Source of the DNA: Kudoa neothunni
Lineage: Eukaryota > Animalia > Cnidaria
DNA length: 64,000 nt
Assembly (NCBI GenBank): GCA_964304625.1
Contig: OZ199839.1
Coordinates: forward strand, 7,413,979-7,477,978
Reading direction: 5' to 3'
Each line of letters opens with the position of its first letter. Position 1 is the stretch's first letter. Positions 1 to 12,602 of the stretch are shown here, one piece after another. The notes beneath the pieces are model-generated. The model saw nothing but the letters and a program-made list of their open reading frames with translations, searched no databases and was not told where the DNA came from. The position numbers and the translations under genes are program-made.

Positions 1-625
1 TGATTAAGCATGTGAAATTTGGAAAAGTCGGTTTGTGCGAACTTTGTGCGTTAATTTTTGTACGATTATGCCATGTTTAAACAAGTAATGTTGTGGGTTA
101 AAAATTCAATGTAAAAATGCTTTTTAACTTTGGCCAAATCCTACTTGGATCAATGTTGGGACCAAATAAAGTCTCTGTTTTTTTTGTAATAACCAACCAA
201 TATTTCTGATTTACATTATTAAAAATTAGATAAGAAAATAGTGTAATTTTTTTATTTAAAAAATATTATGGTGACACTATTGAAATAAATTGATATCAAG
301 AAATAGGCAATTGGTATTATACATAATATTCATATCTCGCTAGGTTGATTGTGTTTAATTATTCGTGGTCTACCGCTTCGTTCATAGAGGTGCCAAATAA
401 TTTATTATACCGAAAAAGTTAATTATTATGAATATTTTTCGATTGTAATGGTTATCTTTGTAATTTGGTGGAAAATGGATAAATTTCTTTGTAGTATTCT
501 TATATTTATCAAATACGTTGAGTAGAACGAACAGTGAAAAATTTCCACTTGTGTCGAATCTCTGACGTTAACTCACCGAACGAACCTCAATTGGAGACCA
601 CTGTTCTAGGAGATTATTTATCAGT

Positions 626-795
626 GGAGGACACAGTTCAGTGGTGTGATGATTGGACTCAATACCTAAAGATAGTGAGTTCGATTCCCGCCGTTTCCCT
701 GCATTAGTGTGTCTCTATTCCATAATGGCAGTTGTTGTTAGAATGCGACTGCGCTATAAATGTAATCTCAACGGCAGTTATAGTTCAATCTAATT
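626..795 (+). mobile_element. tRNA-derived SINE-like element (or pseudo-tRNA plus tail)
   Basis: Head 626-698 has an A-box-like GTTCAGTGGT, a B-box GAGTTCGATTCCC and partial acceptor pairing GGAGG/TTTCC, but imperfect stems. It is followed by about 100 nt containing GCGCTATAAAT and ending CAATCTAAT, resembling LINE-derived SINE tails. Confidence 0.5.
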
Positions 796-1543
796 TTAGG
801 AAGTTGAATTAGACGTTTGCATCGTCAGTGATGTACTAACAGGGCTTGAAATGTCTGTTGAACCAAATTCCTTGAGGATAGAATTAGGGGTGGTGATTGT
901 CCTGCAAACGAGTATGTATAGTGGGTCAAAATCCCACACTGCCGCAGAAAGATCAAGGACGAGGAGGTAGATGTTACTCCAAATCCCAAAAAGTATAAGT
1001 ATAAGTACGCCAAAGGTTTTATCCTGTAAAAAAATTAGGAGATTTCCTACATCGTAAGAATAGCCCGTGCCATAATTGTATACCCATAATATACGATAAA
1101 TTCTAAATACATTATGTACGTTCAATCATAATGTTAATAATATAATATCAACGTCTTATTTAAAAACTCTGAAAATGTAATCGGAAAGGCTTTGCGAGTA
1201 AGCAAATCTGATAATTATTTTTGCTACATCATCTTATTGTGCTAAATTTATATGATAAAATGAAAAAAGAGAGGAAAAATTTAAATATATGACATCTATC
1301 TTTAAAAAATGTATCAAGTTTTTACGTGCTTATGCCAATCTCTCTTGATTAAGTATTAGCATAATTTATTGAAAAAAACTCGTAAAATAAGGCCTATTGA
1401 AAGTAAATTGGAGAAAAATCATTTAATTTTACCAAATGCATAAAACAACTCTTTTATATCTTTATTTAAAAAAGATACATAAAAATTGGCTAGAAAGGAC
1501 AAAAGATCAAACTAATAACTACAAAAATCAAACTAAAGCAAGA

Positions 1544-4500
1544 TTAGCCATCTAAATTAAGCTCATCTAGTTTTTGAAGCACTAGATTATCGGCATCAAG
1601 TGCGGCGTTGGTTGTTTTCCCATCATTCAATGGCTGGTAGGCGTAAACATCAACATTTTTCCTAATCTCATTATCTTCAATGATATCTTGGAAAAAATCG
1701 TCGAGATCACTGCAGAAGACATTATACATAGAATCATATTAACAAAAATGTGCAAAATTACCGATCGTTAGAAATATCACTTTCACGAAGCTCAAGATTT
1801 TGGAGATGTTTGAGTTTCCATTGTTTTTGCTTGCGTTTCTTTTGAATTCTGTCTCCATAATGTTTCCTTACAATTATCTAGTTCGATATTTGTATTTATA
1901 ACAGTGACCAACGCAAAATTAACGATATACAACATCAGGTCTCGTTTCGGGGTCCAAACTGTCATAGGAAGCGTTGTTAATATTAGTGTTGGTGAGGTCG
2001 AAGCTGTAACAGCCATTACTTAACATAAAAACAGCCGTTCAAAATTACCATTCAACAGTATCCCCAGCATTGATTGTCAATCCCAAGTGGGTTTTTGATA
2101 AAACTTCGTCGTTCGCATCCCAAGAAGCATTTCGGATGAGTGTAACATCGACGATTTTTCCCTTAATTTTTTAAACATTAATAATAACTCTCACTATCAA
2201 TCTACCTTTGAGTTTTTATCCTGATTGTTGTTAAAACATCGATAATCCTCATCTTTTTCGATAACAGTGAACAATGATGCTTTCTTAATTGAGAAAACAC
2301 TCTGGAAAGGTTCTTTCCAATAAGTGTTTGCATCCATACTGATAGCTATAGAAAATACGTTTGCATTGGATAACAAATGACACATTAAATCGTTTTATTA
2401 TACATTTTAGCGTGTGTGGATCCACAAGGTGAATTAAACTAGTTACACTATTGCATATCAACAATTGATTATTCAATCCATAAGATCTCGCCAAACTTTT
2501 AGGTAGACAAACAACATCGTGCTAAATCCAATTTTCATCAATATCACGAAAATAGTAACTTACTTTGCAAATAGGCACAATTTCAACCGAAAAAGAATGT
2601 TTGTATTGATATACATTACAATGAGAGTCGTGAGAAACTAGTTGTTCGGATACCGACCATCTAAAACACAGCTCGTTCAATACTTGCCACAGAAATAACA
2701 GCAGATAAGTAACAATTAGATGGACTATTAGATTAATAAAGTAAATAGTAGAATAAGATGAAATTTTTATTCATCATATAGAACTATTACTGAGCGCTAA
2801 TACTAATATGACTTTAAGATTAACTTATTGTTGCTAATTCATAAAAACTCCAAGTCATCATTTCATAAGAATCGTTTGGATAAAAATAATAGACGCATTC
2901 ATAAAAATTTAGAAATAATTTCTAATCCACAAATTATCATAAATAACAGCTCGCTAATAAATTAAAAATATAAAAAAACAAACAAATATACTGTTCGAAT
3001 AAGGAAAAATCACCAAGATTTTATATTTTAATGATATATTTAAAATTACAATGATTGAGACGTAAATCCTGGAAAGGAATTTATTAGTTATGCAAGCCTG
3101 AAGTGCCTATGATGCTATTATTAATTTTTAAAGAACGTGGGAAAATTCCAACAAATCATTAATTTACTTATCAAGAAGAGAAAATATTAAATTTTAGATT
3201 ATTTAATTATAAAAATAACTAATTAACCACAAAATATATTATATGATAATGTCCACTTACTTAGAATGTCAAAAATGTTGGAAAACATGCGTAGTTTTAA
3301 ATAAATCCCCCAACTTTTCAAATAAATGTATTAATATATTTAAAATATGACAAATTATATTTTAACAAAAATCTCATATACAATATAACACGAATATGCA
3401 CAAAAATAAGTTATATTGTTTAAAATGGCGTTATTTCTAATTTTTGAATGGGGACTCTGTTATAATTCATTAAAATTATTTTTAATTTGTTTTTAAATAG
3501 ATAAAAGCCTTTATACGATGTTCAAACTATTTTGGAGAAGACATTAAAAACAGGGTTCCATTTTTTCTCTTATTTATTTACAATTTAAATAACATTGGGC
3601 ATCAGAAGGTTAAGTTAATTAAATTTAATTAACAAGTTTACCTAAAATTAATTTCTCACATTATATACAACAAAAAACATATTTTCACATTATTAAAACT
3701 ACCTTATTAAATAAAATATTTATTGAAAATAATTACGATTACTATGCTGATGAGATATAAATAGGGGTCGCTGGTTTCGATTAAAATCGATTTTAGTCGT
3801 CTAATTATTGAAAAAGTTTCGAAGTTTATTTTCCGGCAACATCCAAAATATCCCCAAAAAATTTAAAATGAGTATTAACCAGAGAGAAATTGATAGTATT
3901 CTCGTTGAATGGATCGACATAACGAAGCTGGAAAATGAATTAACCTGTGAATATTTCACAGTGAAATTACCTCTACAACAAAGTAGAATTTACAAGCAAA
4001 TAAAGTCAAAGAAACACATTTTGTCAAAAAAGCGCCTCAAGACACTAATTTTGTATAGCTTGAAAAATGGAGAAAATCAAGAAAAATTTGTTATTGTTTT
4101 TGTTATCGACGTTTTCCCGCAATCGCTATTTGATAAAAAAAGTTGTTTATTTCAAATTTTTTTAATTTAAAATATTCATCGCACGCACGCAAGAACTACA
4201 CAAAACCAAAATAAATGACGATTTTGGTCGTCAAATTTTTTAAAAATAAACATCGAAAACACCAAGCTCTATTTATGAGTTAAAGTGCATAAAAAATAAC
4301 GAACGAATTTGTCATAGCCTATTTGAACTAGACACATTATATATTTCGTAATAATATAACAGATAAAACTTGAAAGCTAATTATCATATCCTTAGAAAGC
4401 TTAGAATATAACGACATATGAGAATACTTAGAAGCCAAGCAAATCATTGTATTTTTAATAATAATTCTAATAACAAATGACCTTTGGCATGGTAATAACT

Positions 4501-5729
4501 TAAAAAATTAATAAAAAAGTGTCTAATTTTAATCAATTGAATTATCGTGAATTATTTCTTTTATAAAGCTAAGCTTGTAAGAATGAAACTTAATGAACAA
4601 TGCCAGATGCCAACAAAAAATTACAACTACAACCTACATAAAAGTTACAAATAAAAGCTGTGGGGATTAAATTCTGCATGCGGGCATACTATTGAAGATT
4701 AATTTTGTAAGGTCCAATGCCAATAACACTAGCAATTTTAATACGAGTTGACATTAAAAAGCTTAAATGAAGCGCCACCTGTTCACCATCAATATGTCAT
4801 TATGTCAGCAAAATCATTATTACACATTATTATGAAGTATATTTACCTGGCTGGCACATATTTGGAGATAAATGTTACAAACTTGACAGCGTGTTGTTTG
4901 TGACCAAAGAAAAAATCAAGACCATCTAAAGTGAGTTCCAAATTAGAACAGCAAAATCACATGAAACAACCTCTTTGTTGTTTGATATTATTGCAATCTT
5001 TGTCAGCTTGACTTTTCAGAATAACCTGCTCGAGGTAGAGGAAAGTTTTTTTGTGGGATACATGCTGTCTTAGTTGAACCACAGCTTTCCAGTAGTCTTT
5101 TGCTTCGATTCGATGACAATCGGTGCACATTAGTTTAACAATTTTGATATCCACGGTAAAAATGGATTCAGCAACCGAATTGTTGGACAACTACAACAAC
5201 AACAACAACATATGAAAATTTATACAAAAAAATTAAAAAATACCGTTTTTTGAACTGTCAACTTTATTTTCAACACTTTCGAGTGAACATCTGTTGGAAT
5301 AAACTCAGCATCAACCAGATTAACCTAATTTAATTATGTAATATTTAATCATATTCGCACATATTAAATATGGAATGAATAAGATGAGCGTACATTTTTT
5401 AACCCAGTTAAACGCTTCAAACAACTTGTTAATAATTCTTTCGATTCTGCCTCATAAAATATCCATCTGTTTGGTGGCTCCAAATATCTTCATGTCAATA
5501 AAAGTGATATAAATATAAAAATTAATTATACCTATCGCAAAACCGACAATAATTTATATAGGCCAATTTTCGAATCCCTTCGCTCACGTCATGTCTTGAA
5601 GAGCTGCATTTGGCACACGAATTCCCATAAGTTGGGTCTGTTGGATAACCACAATAACAACAAAGTCTAAAAATTTTGAAATTTATAATTGAAGTTGATT
5701 TATCACATTTTTGCTGTTGACTCCTCCAT
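1544..5729 (-). CDS. NMD3: 60S ribosomal export adaptor NMD3 (multi-exon)
   Basis: Spliced translation reads MEESTAKILCCYCG..CAKC..CRFCDRYLEPPNRW..CTDCHRIEAKDYWKAVVQLRQ..DGLDFFFG..QLVSHDSH..SVEIVPICK, with an acidic C-terminus. Introns traced are GT..AG; large intron 2661-4846; stop at 1544-1546. Confidence 0.93.
2824..3609. mobile_element. Degenerate piggyBac-type MITE in NMD3 intron (same family as 7876-8716)
   Basis: TTAA at 2820-2823 and 3610-3613 with degenerate inverted ends. Internal blocks (about 3290-3350 and 3460-3610) align by eye with 8430-8720. Confidence 0.5.
3762..4271. mobile_element. Possible MITE in NMD3 intron
   Basis: Imperfect inverted ends TAGGGGTCGCTGGTTTCGAT / ATCGAAAACACCAAGCTCTA. 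No TSD recognised. Confidence 0.3.
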
Positions 5730-5813
5730 AAGTTTTGGATTAAACCCACGCTTCAGTTTGATCTGCGTGCGCGTTATACGGCAAGAATTAATTTGGATGG
5801 ACCCAATCTATCA
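5730..5813. promoter_or_regulatory. Compact bidirectional promoter NMD3/REV3
   Basis: Only 84 bp separate the divergent ATGs (5729 on -, 5814 on +). Contains a GC-rich TGCGTGCGCG motif at 5764-5773. Confidence 0.7.
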
Positions 5814-8800
5814 ATGGAACTAACTTTATATGAGTTGGAAGCTATTGTTGATCAGACGGGTAACCACTTGTCAACGGAAAATTTGAAGAAGCATCGTTTT
5901 TGTCAAACAACTAACGCGATTACGTTCAAAAACAACTGTTCATCCATCGTACCAATTATTAGGATGTATGGAAGAGAGACTGGGACACTTTCAAGCGTGT
6001 GTGTTCATGTTCATGGTGTAGCTATTAGGCGCTGCATTGCGTTTTTTATAGTATGGATTTGTTTAGTATTTTCCGTATTTGTACTTAAAATGTTCCCGCC
6101 AATTATCTTTTTTGCTGCAAAAACCAATGCCGTCTCCCAACAGCAATAATGAAGATGTGCAGAATTATCTTAAAGATTTATGGAAATACATTAGTGATAA
6201 ATTTAAACTGCTGAACAACGTCTGTCTTATAGAAATTTCGATTGTGACCAAAAAGTGGGATTTCTTTAGAGTAGTAGTAGGCCAAATTAGTAAATATTAA
6301 TAGATGCATTTACGGTTACCGGGAAAATTCTGAGTATTTCCTCAAAATAACTTACAATAATCCATGTGCAACCAAAAGGTGATTACTTTTAGAGATAAGG
6401 CTCGAAGATTTGTATATGAAGAATTCATTTTAATTGTGATGTTAGTATTGATGAGCTGATCCGTTATGACCAACATATTGTACCTGATGGAATGCTTTAT
6501 GAGAGTCATATTCCTTATTTGGTTAATGTAAGACAGGAATGGAGTGCGAAAATTTAATTCAGTCAATTATTGGGATATAGTTTTTGGCGGACTTTCAAAT
6601 TTATGGAATGGGAAAAGTTTCCATTTCAGAACACCTGCCAAGAAAAAATTATACTCTACATAGTTATCAACTAGGAGCGCCACCGAATACTTCTAAAATA
6701 ACTCGATGTGATATCGAAATCGATGTGTATCCAGATCAAATAGTTGTCAACAATCAAGATTGTCATACAAGTTGTTTTAGAAGTTTTCTACATCATTTTT
6801 ATTCGAGTATTTAGTTTCACAATGTATCGAACATAACCCTACTATACGAGAAATCTGGCTGGTAGAAAACAGCAGAAATCAATCCAAAAAAGATATATCA
6901 TCTGGTCACCAAAAAACACCCAATTTTAATCTACTTGATAGTTGTATTCTATTCATGACCATTGATCAAAACTTACGCTATTGAACTAGCCTACCGAGAT
7001 AATGAAGATGATGATACGTTGACGCCTGAAACTCCATTCGATCGAAATTTCCTATCCACTATTGTGAAACGCTTTGCTTATCATTCAAAAGAAAAGAAGG
7101 ATGACGACAATAACCCTCAGTCCAACTGCCCAAGCCAATATGACTCACTTTTTGTTAGCAGTGGCTTGTGCGATATGTTGTTAACTCAAACATCCAATGA
7201 AAATGATTCCAATTTCTTTCCTCTACACGCCGATCACTCCATTAGCTCCACAATAGAGTTCAACCCCATCGATGTTGATGATGAGTTCTTAGTCACTTCC
7301 CAACAATTACACAATTCAATTGTTGAGTTCAAACCTTCCATTGATACACACGATAAAATAAATAGTTCTACAAACATTGACGCTCACGAAAATATTGAAG
7401 ACAATAACACGACTAATTTCCACAATCTCCAAGAGATTCAAACAACAGAGTGGATCAATTGATTGTTTTTTATTATAGGTTCTAATTAAAAATAGGATAG
7501 AGAACGTGATTTCAGAGAGAAATTCAAACAACACCCTGTCGAATAAAGTTGAATTTTATGTTATGATATCATTGCAGAGAGAGGTTTTTTAGATTTTTTT
7601 GATCGATCCAAAAAATGATGTGGCCAAAAATATGATTCCACTATTTCAGTCGCATAACATTAGACCTAAAGGTAGGCAAATTGGAAATCATAAAATTGAT
7701 AAGGAAACTTGCCGATTTTAAATCTCTTTGAAGAAATTAACTAATTGTTGAATTTAGGTTGTTTATAATATATTAAAGCACATATAATTTTACTAAAATA
7801 TTTAAGTAACTAGTTTTCTACAATTCTTTTCAAGTTTTTCAATATGCTGTAAGACGACGATTATACAAAAATTAACCCTTTCACGCCCATATTTTTGATT
7901 GTTTGCTCTAATGATAATGTATTCAGCAAAAATAGTTAGTTATAACCATTTATAAAGCTAAAACGTTCAAAAATTTTGTTATCAGCAATTATCATCAAAT
8001 TATTGGAAAAAAGGAGAATTAAATATAAATCATCCTCTTGTGTATCGAAAATATATAAAAATTCTGCGTTGTCTTTGAAATCCGTTAATAATTTATTTTT
8101 TATCTGATTTATGCATAATAGCTCAATATAATCAATAATCAATATGCTAGAATCGATCAAATTTTTTGAAACATGCGCATAACATTCTTTTTTTAAAAAC
8201 GATTCCATATCTAAAAATATTTAAAGCTGATATTTTTAAAAAGAAATAGAACAAATTGCTTTTTATATCTAAAAATATTTAGAAGTAAAGTTTTTAATAT
8301 TTTTGTACAATTGATTGGGGTTTAATATATATTTTTATTTTCTTGGAATACATACATATTATTTAATTATAAATAATGAAAATAATGATTTATTGGATAA
8401 TACAAAATAATAATCTCCGTATAACATTTTTAAATTAATTTCCCAACATTCCAAACAAATATATGAATATTTTTAAGCTATGAAAAATTAATTACGTTTA
8501 AAGAATAATTTTTTTCATATTTTTGAATGATTATTCTAATGTTATAATTCACTAAAATTATTTTTAATTTATTTTTAATAGATAAAAATCATTAAAACAT
8601 TTTAAAACTATCCTGTGAAAAATATCCCAAATAAAGCCCCATGGTGTCGCAACTTTTTTCTCTTGTTTATTTATATTTAAAATTTTAAAATATAAATGAT
8701 CATTGGTCACAAATGTTTAACTCCTTTCAAATCGCGTTTGCGCAAGCTTATATTGTTTTAGTAAAATTAAGGTCTAAAGAAATTTATTATTTTACGCGAG

Positions 8801-11800
8801 TTAAATAATTTACTGACATAAAATTTCTGTTAATAAAAAACTCGTAAATACCTACAAAATAAAATATTCATAATTAATTTCAATAATATTTAAAGTTGAA
8901 ACACTTTCTTTGTTTTTTTGTATTTAATTAATTTTAAATTAATGTAAAAGTTTATTCGATATTTTTTTATTCTGTAAAGTTAATAAGATGTTATTATTCA
9001 GCTCATTCTTTGATAGTTTTTAATTCTCATAATTATTTTTTAGTTAATAGATGTCCAATTAATAATAGATAAAGAATAAAAATTGGTTAATTTTATCCTT
9101 TTGGATTCATTAATCAGTCTACCATCTAAGAAATTATAAAATTAAATTTTTGTAGATATAGTGGATACCGAATTAGGAGGTTGCACTTTGATTGGCTCGT
9201 TGAGTGAATGGCCCAACTTAATAATAAAAACCAAGTAGATATTTTTGTGATAGAAAGATTTTCTCGACAAATTTCTGTAGCTCACCAGTAAATTCAGATG
9301 AAAAATCCTTTATGGATTCACAAATAAAATACACATTAAAAACTGGAAATGTTACCATATGCGATAATGAAGTTCAATCTGATTTGTTGGCTAAAAGTGC
9401 TGTAATTATTTTAAATTATTTCCTATTATACTGTTTTATATGGGAAATATTTGGATGTTGAATTCTACTCGAAATAGATTCCTTCGGTGTTGTGTATGGA
9501 GTTGTATGCGGATTCGGACAGAAACCTCAAAACCCCAGACCCAAATAATGACTCCATAAATTTGATATTATCAGGCTATCGTTCGTGTGTTGCGCGTGAT
9601 AAGACTTGTTTGAAATACACGATGTATCTATATCAACCACTATCTTCACATGAATATTTTCGAACTAAAATGATGTCCTTTGATGACAATGTTGATGTTG
9701 TACTTTGCACCACAGAGATTGAGCTTATTGAACAGTTTGTAAACCGCATACAAAAACAAGATCCGGATATTATTTTGACCTACGATGGTTGGATGAAATC
9801 GATTGGGTTTTTAATTGATCGCTGTTATGCTATCGATCGAAAAGATCTTGTTTATAAAATGTCACGAGTACGTTCAGTCTATTCTAACACACAACCACAA
9901 ACTGAGAACGATCCTTCAATCGACCAACAACATTCCTACTTCCCCACATTAACACTTACCAACAACAGAGATCACACCACTTTCTTCAATAGAAAAATTC
10001 ATTTCAGTGGGCGTATTGTAATATTGCTCTGGAAAATGTTATCTCATAAATATGGGGTGATGCATTCGTACAGTTTAGAATATGTAGCTCAAAATTATTT
10101 ACAAATCAGATTGCCGATATACAATAGAGAGACATTGAATTCGTGGTGGTATTCCGAAGGAAACAACCAAGTTTTTTCAGTTATTCAGCTATGTAATTAT
10201 TTGAAATTGATTGTCGATGTGATTTTTTCGTTGCTCGACAAAATAAACATCATCAATGAGGGAATCGAATCATCCAAACTCACCGGCCTACCTCTAATGG
10301 CAACCCTCACCAGAGGTTCTCAAATTAAAGTTCAAAGTTTAATTCTACATGTGGCCAAGTGCGAAAACTACATCCTCTCATCTCCTAATAGACAACAGGT
10401 TCAACAAATGAATGCACCTATGTACTTGCCATTTATTATCGAACCAACAACTCAGCTTATCAATGATCCGGTGATTGTGTTGGATTTCCAATCGCTGTAT
10501 CCTAGTATTATTATCGCCTACAATTTGTGTTATTCCACATGTGTTGGATCGGTTGAAAATATTCAAAAAGTCGCAAGTTCAAGTGATACTCTATTTGATT
10601 TGAATTATGGTTTGGGATATCTCAGTGATTACTCCATAGATGTTGGTTGTTTGAAGGTATTTTCTATAATGAGGTAACATAATTCTCAAATTTTTTTAAT
10701 ATCATAGGAAATGCTTGAAAATGATCAACTTTTCGTTTCCCCGAATGGTATGGTTTTCGTGAGATCGACCAAATTTTGCGGGATTTTACCCCGGTAATTT
10801 TTCCTTGTTATAATTACTATCCTTTATTCTTCCTTGCCAATCAACATTGTCAATTTAATTAGTGTTATGCTCTAACAGTGATTCTTTTCATCATAGTTTA
10901 TTGAATACTATCCTAAAAACAAGAAAAGTTGTCAAGATGGCTATTAAAACCACTACAGACAAACACTCAACCGAAATACTTGATTGTAGACAACTGGCCC
11001 TGAAACTGATTCTAAATTTAACCTACGGCCTAACCGCTGCTAATTTCAGTGGCTACCTTCCTTGTGTGGAGATCGCTGATACAATCGTTTGTATTGCACG
11101 ACAGATGATTAACAAAGTGGTCGAATTGATCACTCACTCTGACCTAATCCAGCAATTTCAACCAAAAGTAGTGTATGGAGACACTGATAGGTGAGTTTTA
11201 TTTGCTCAGATTTCCCCACTGTAGATTATTATCGTTGTTTGTAGTGTTTTCATAAGAATGACCAATTGTACATTGGAGGAAGCCTTCAAACACATTGAAC
11301 CTATTGTGAAAGATATCAATAATTTATTTGTTCAGCCAATTGCAATAAAATTTGAAAAAGTAATCCCTTAACATTTTTCTCTATTTAACCAATTCATTTT
11401 TGTTAGGTGTATCAACCTTGTTTTTTGCAATCTAAAAAACGTTATGTTGGATATAGCTACGAAAGTAGTTCTCAAATGTCTCCGTTGTTTGACGCCAGAG
11501 GCATTGAAACTGTGAGGCACGATTTTTGCCCCGCCTCTTCTAAGGTGTTCTTTTTCGAAAGAACGAAATTCAGGAGTTATACTAAAATTATAGATACTTA
11601 AACGCTTGCTTCGGTTACTCTTTGAAAATCACAATTTCTCACATATTAAATCACAATTTCAACAACACTGCTGCAAAATATTAGATGGAAGATGCAATTT
11701 TAGAGACTTTATGATCAGCAGAGAGTTCAAAGGTCTCCAATCACCACAGCGACAACCCATTATTACTGTCGTGGAGTATTTATTTATACATTTCTTATTA

Positions 11801-12602
11801 GAACGATTTTTAATTACAAAATATTAAATTTACATTTTCTGCCGTAGAAATCAACTCAAGTACGATCCTCTAAGTTTGCCTCAGAGACATTGGAGATTGT
11901 GTTATCTATTTGTTAACGGACATCCAAACGCCCCTCTTTATGAACTTGCTAGATCGTACCTTTTTCTATGCTCATAGAATGTCATTTCTCACATAATATT
12001 TAGAATTGATCAGCTAATCCACAACAACTATAACTTGAACTCACATTACTACATTCTCAAACAAATCATTCCTCCACTGGACAGATTTTTTAGTGCCATT
12101 GGTGTTAATATTCACGAATGGTACGTTAGCTTGCCTCGATTCAATAAAATCCGTCTCAATGCTCATCTCATAACAAATAGTGAATTTTCCGGGGACGATG
12201 TAAATTAGGAAATCTTAATAATAGTATTAATTGTGTATTTAGAGTGAGAAGGGAGATGAAAAAAAATCAACAAAAAATGTGAATACCGTCAACACCATTT
12301 GGAATTATTATCAAGTAAAAGATCAATGTATTTTATGTGGGTCGTCTAGTCTTACTTCGTGCTCGTGTGGCGAAATCAGCTCATCTCCCACTTGCTTAAC
12401 CCAATTTATCTTCAACTACCAACTCTCAACGTTGGAAAGAAAATTAAGCGATATCGAATCTGTTTGTGGTGATTGTTCCGAAATTTACAACTTTGAAAAT
12501 TCACCAGTTCCTTGTCAAAACCATTTCTGTCCATGCTTTCACAAAAAATTCTCATGCACCAACAAACGAACAACTCTCGTTAAACTAAACCGCAATTTTT
12601 GA
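5814..12602 (+). CDS. REV3: DNA polymerase zeta catalytic subunit (multi-exon)
   Basis: Spliced motifs CVHVHGYFPYLY, YESHIPY..FLADFQIYGM, NPTIREIW, TRGSQIKV, LDFQSLYPSIIIAYNLCYST, QLALKLILNLTYG..ANFSG..PCVEIAD, YGDTDSVF, PCFLQSKKRYVG, and C-terminal CysA/CysB clusters. Large intron 7672-9155. Confidence 0.95.
7876..8716. mobile_element. piggyBac-type MITE in REV3 intron
   Basis: Left end TTAA|CCCTTTCACGCCCA; degenerate right end TGGTCACAAATGT|TTAA. Body is similar to the element at 2824-3609. Confidence 0.55.

Noticed and set aside
626-698. Functional tRNA (Leu-CAA or Sec-TCA reading of ACTCAATA)
   Set aside because: Mismatched acceptor, D and anticodon stems and no long variable arm. A SINE head or pseudogene fits better.
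3808-4170. 120-aa ORF in NMD3 intron (similarly 13048-13299, 42276-42695, 52750-53169)
   Set aside because: Low-complexity K/I/F/L translations typical of AT-rich repeats, or off-frame overlaps; no recognisable domain.
4600-4820. Intronic snoRNA in NMD3
   Set aside because: Two weak hairpins on the sense strand, but no properly placed H box and no C/D pair.
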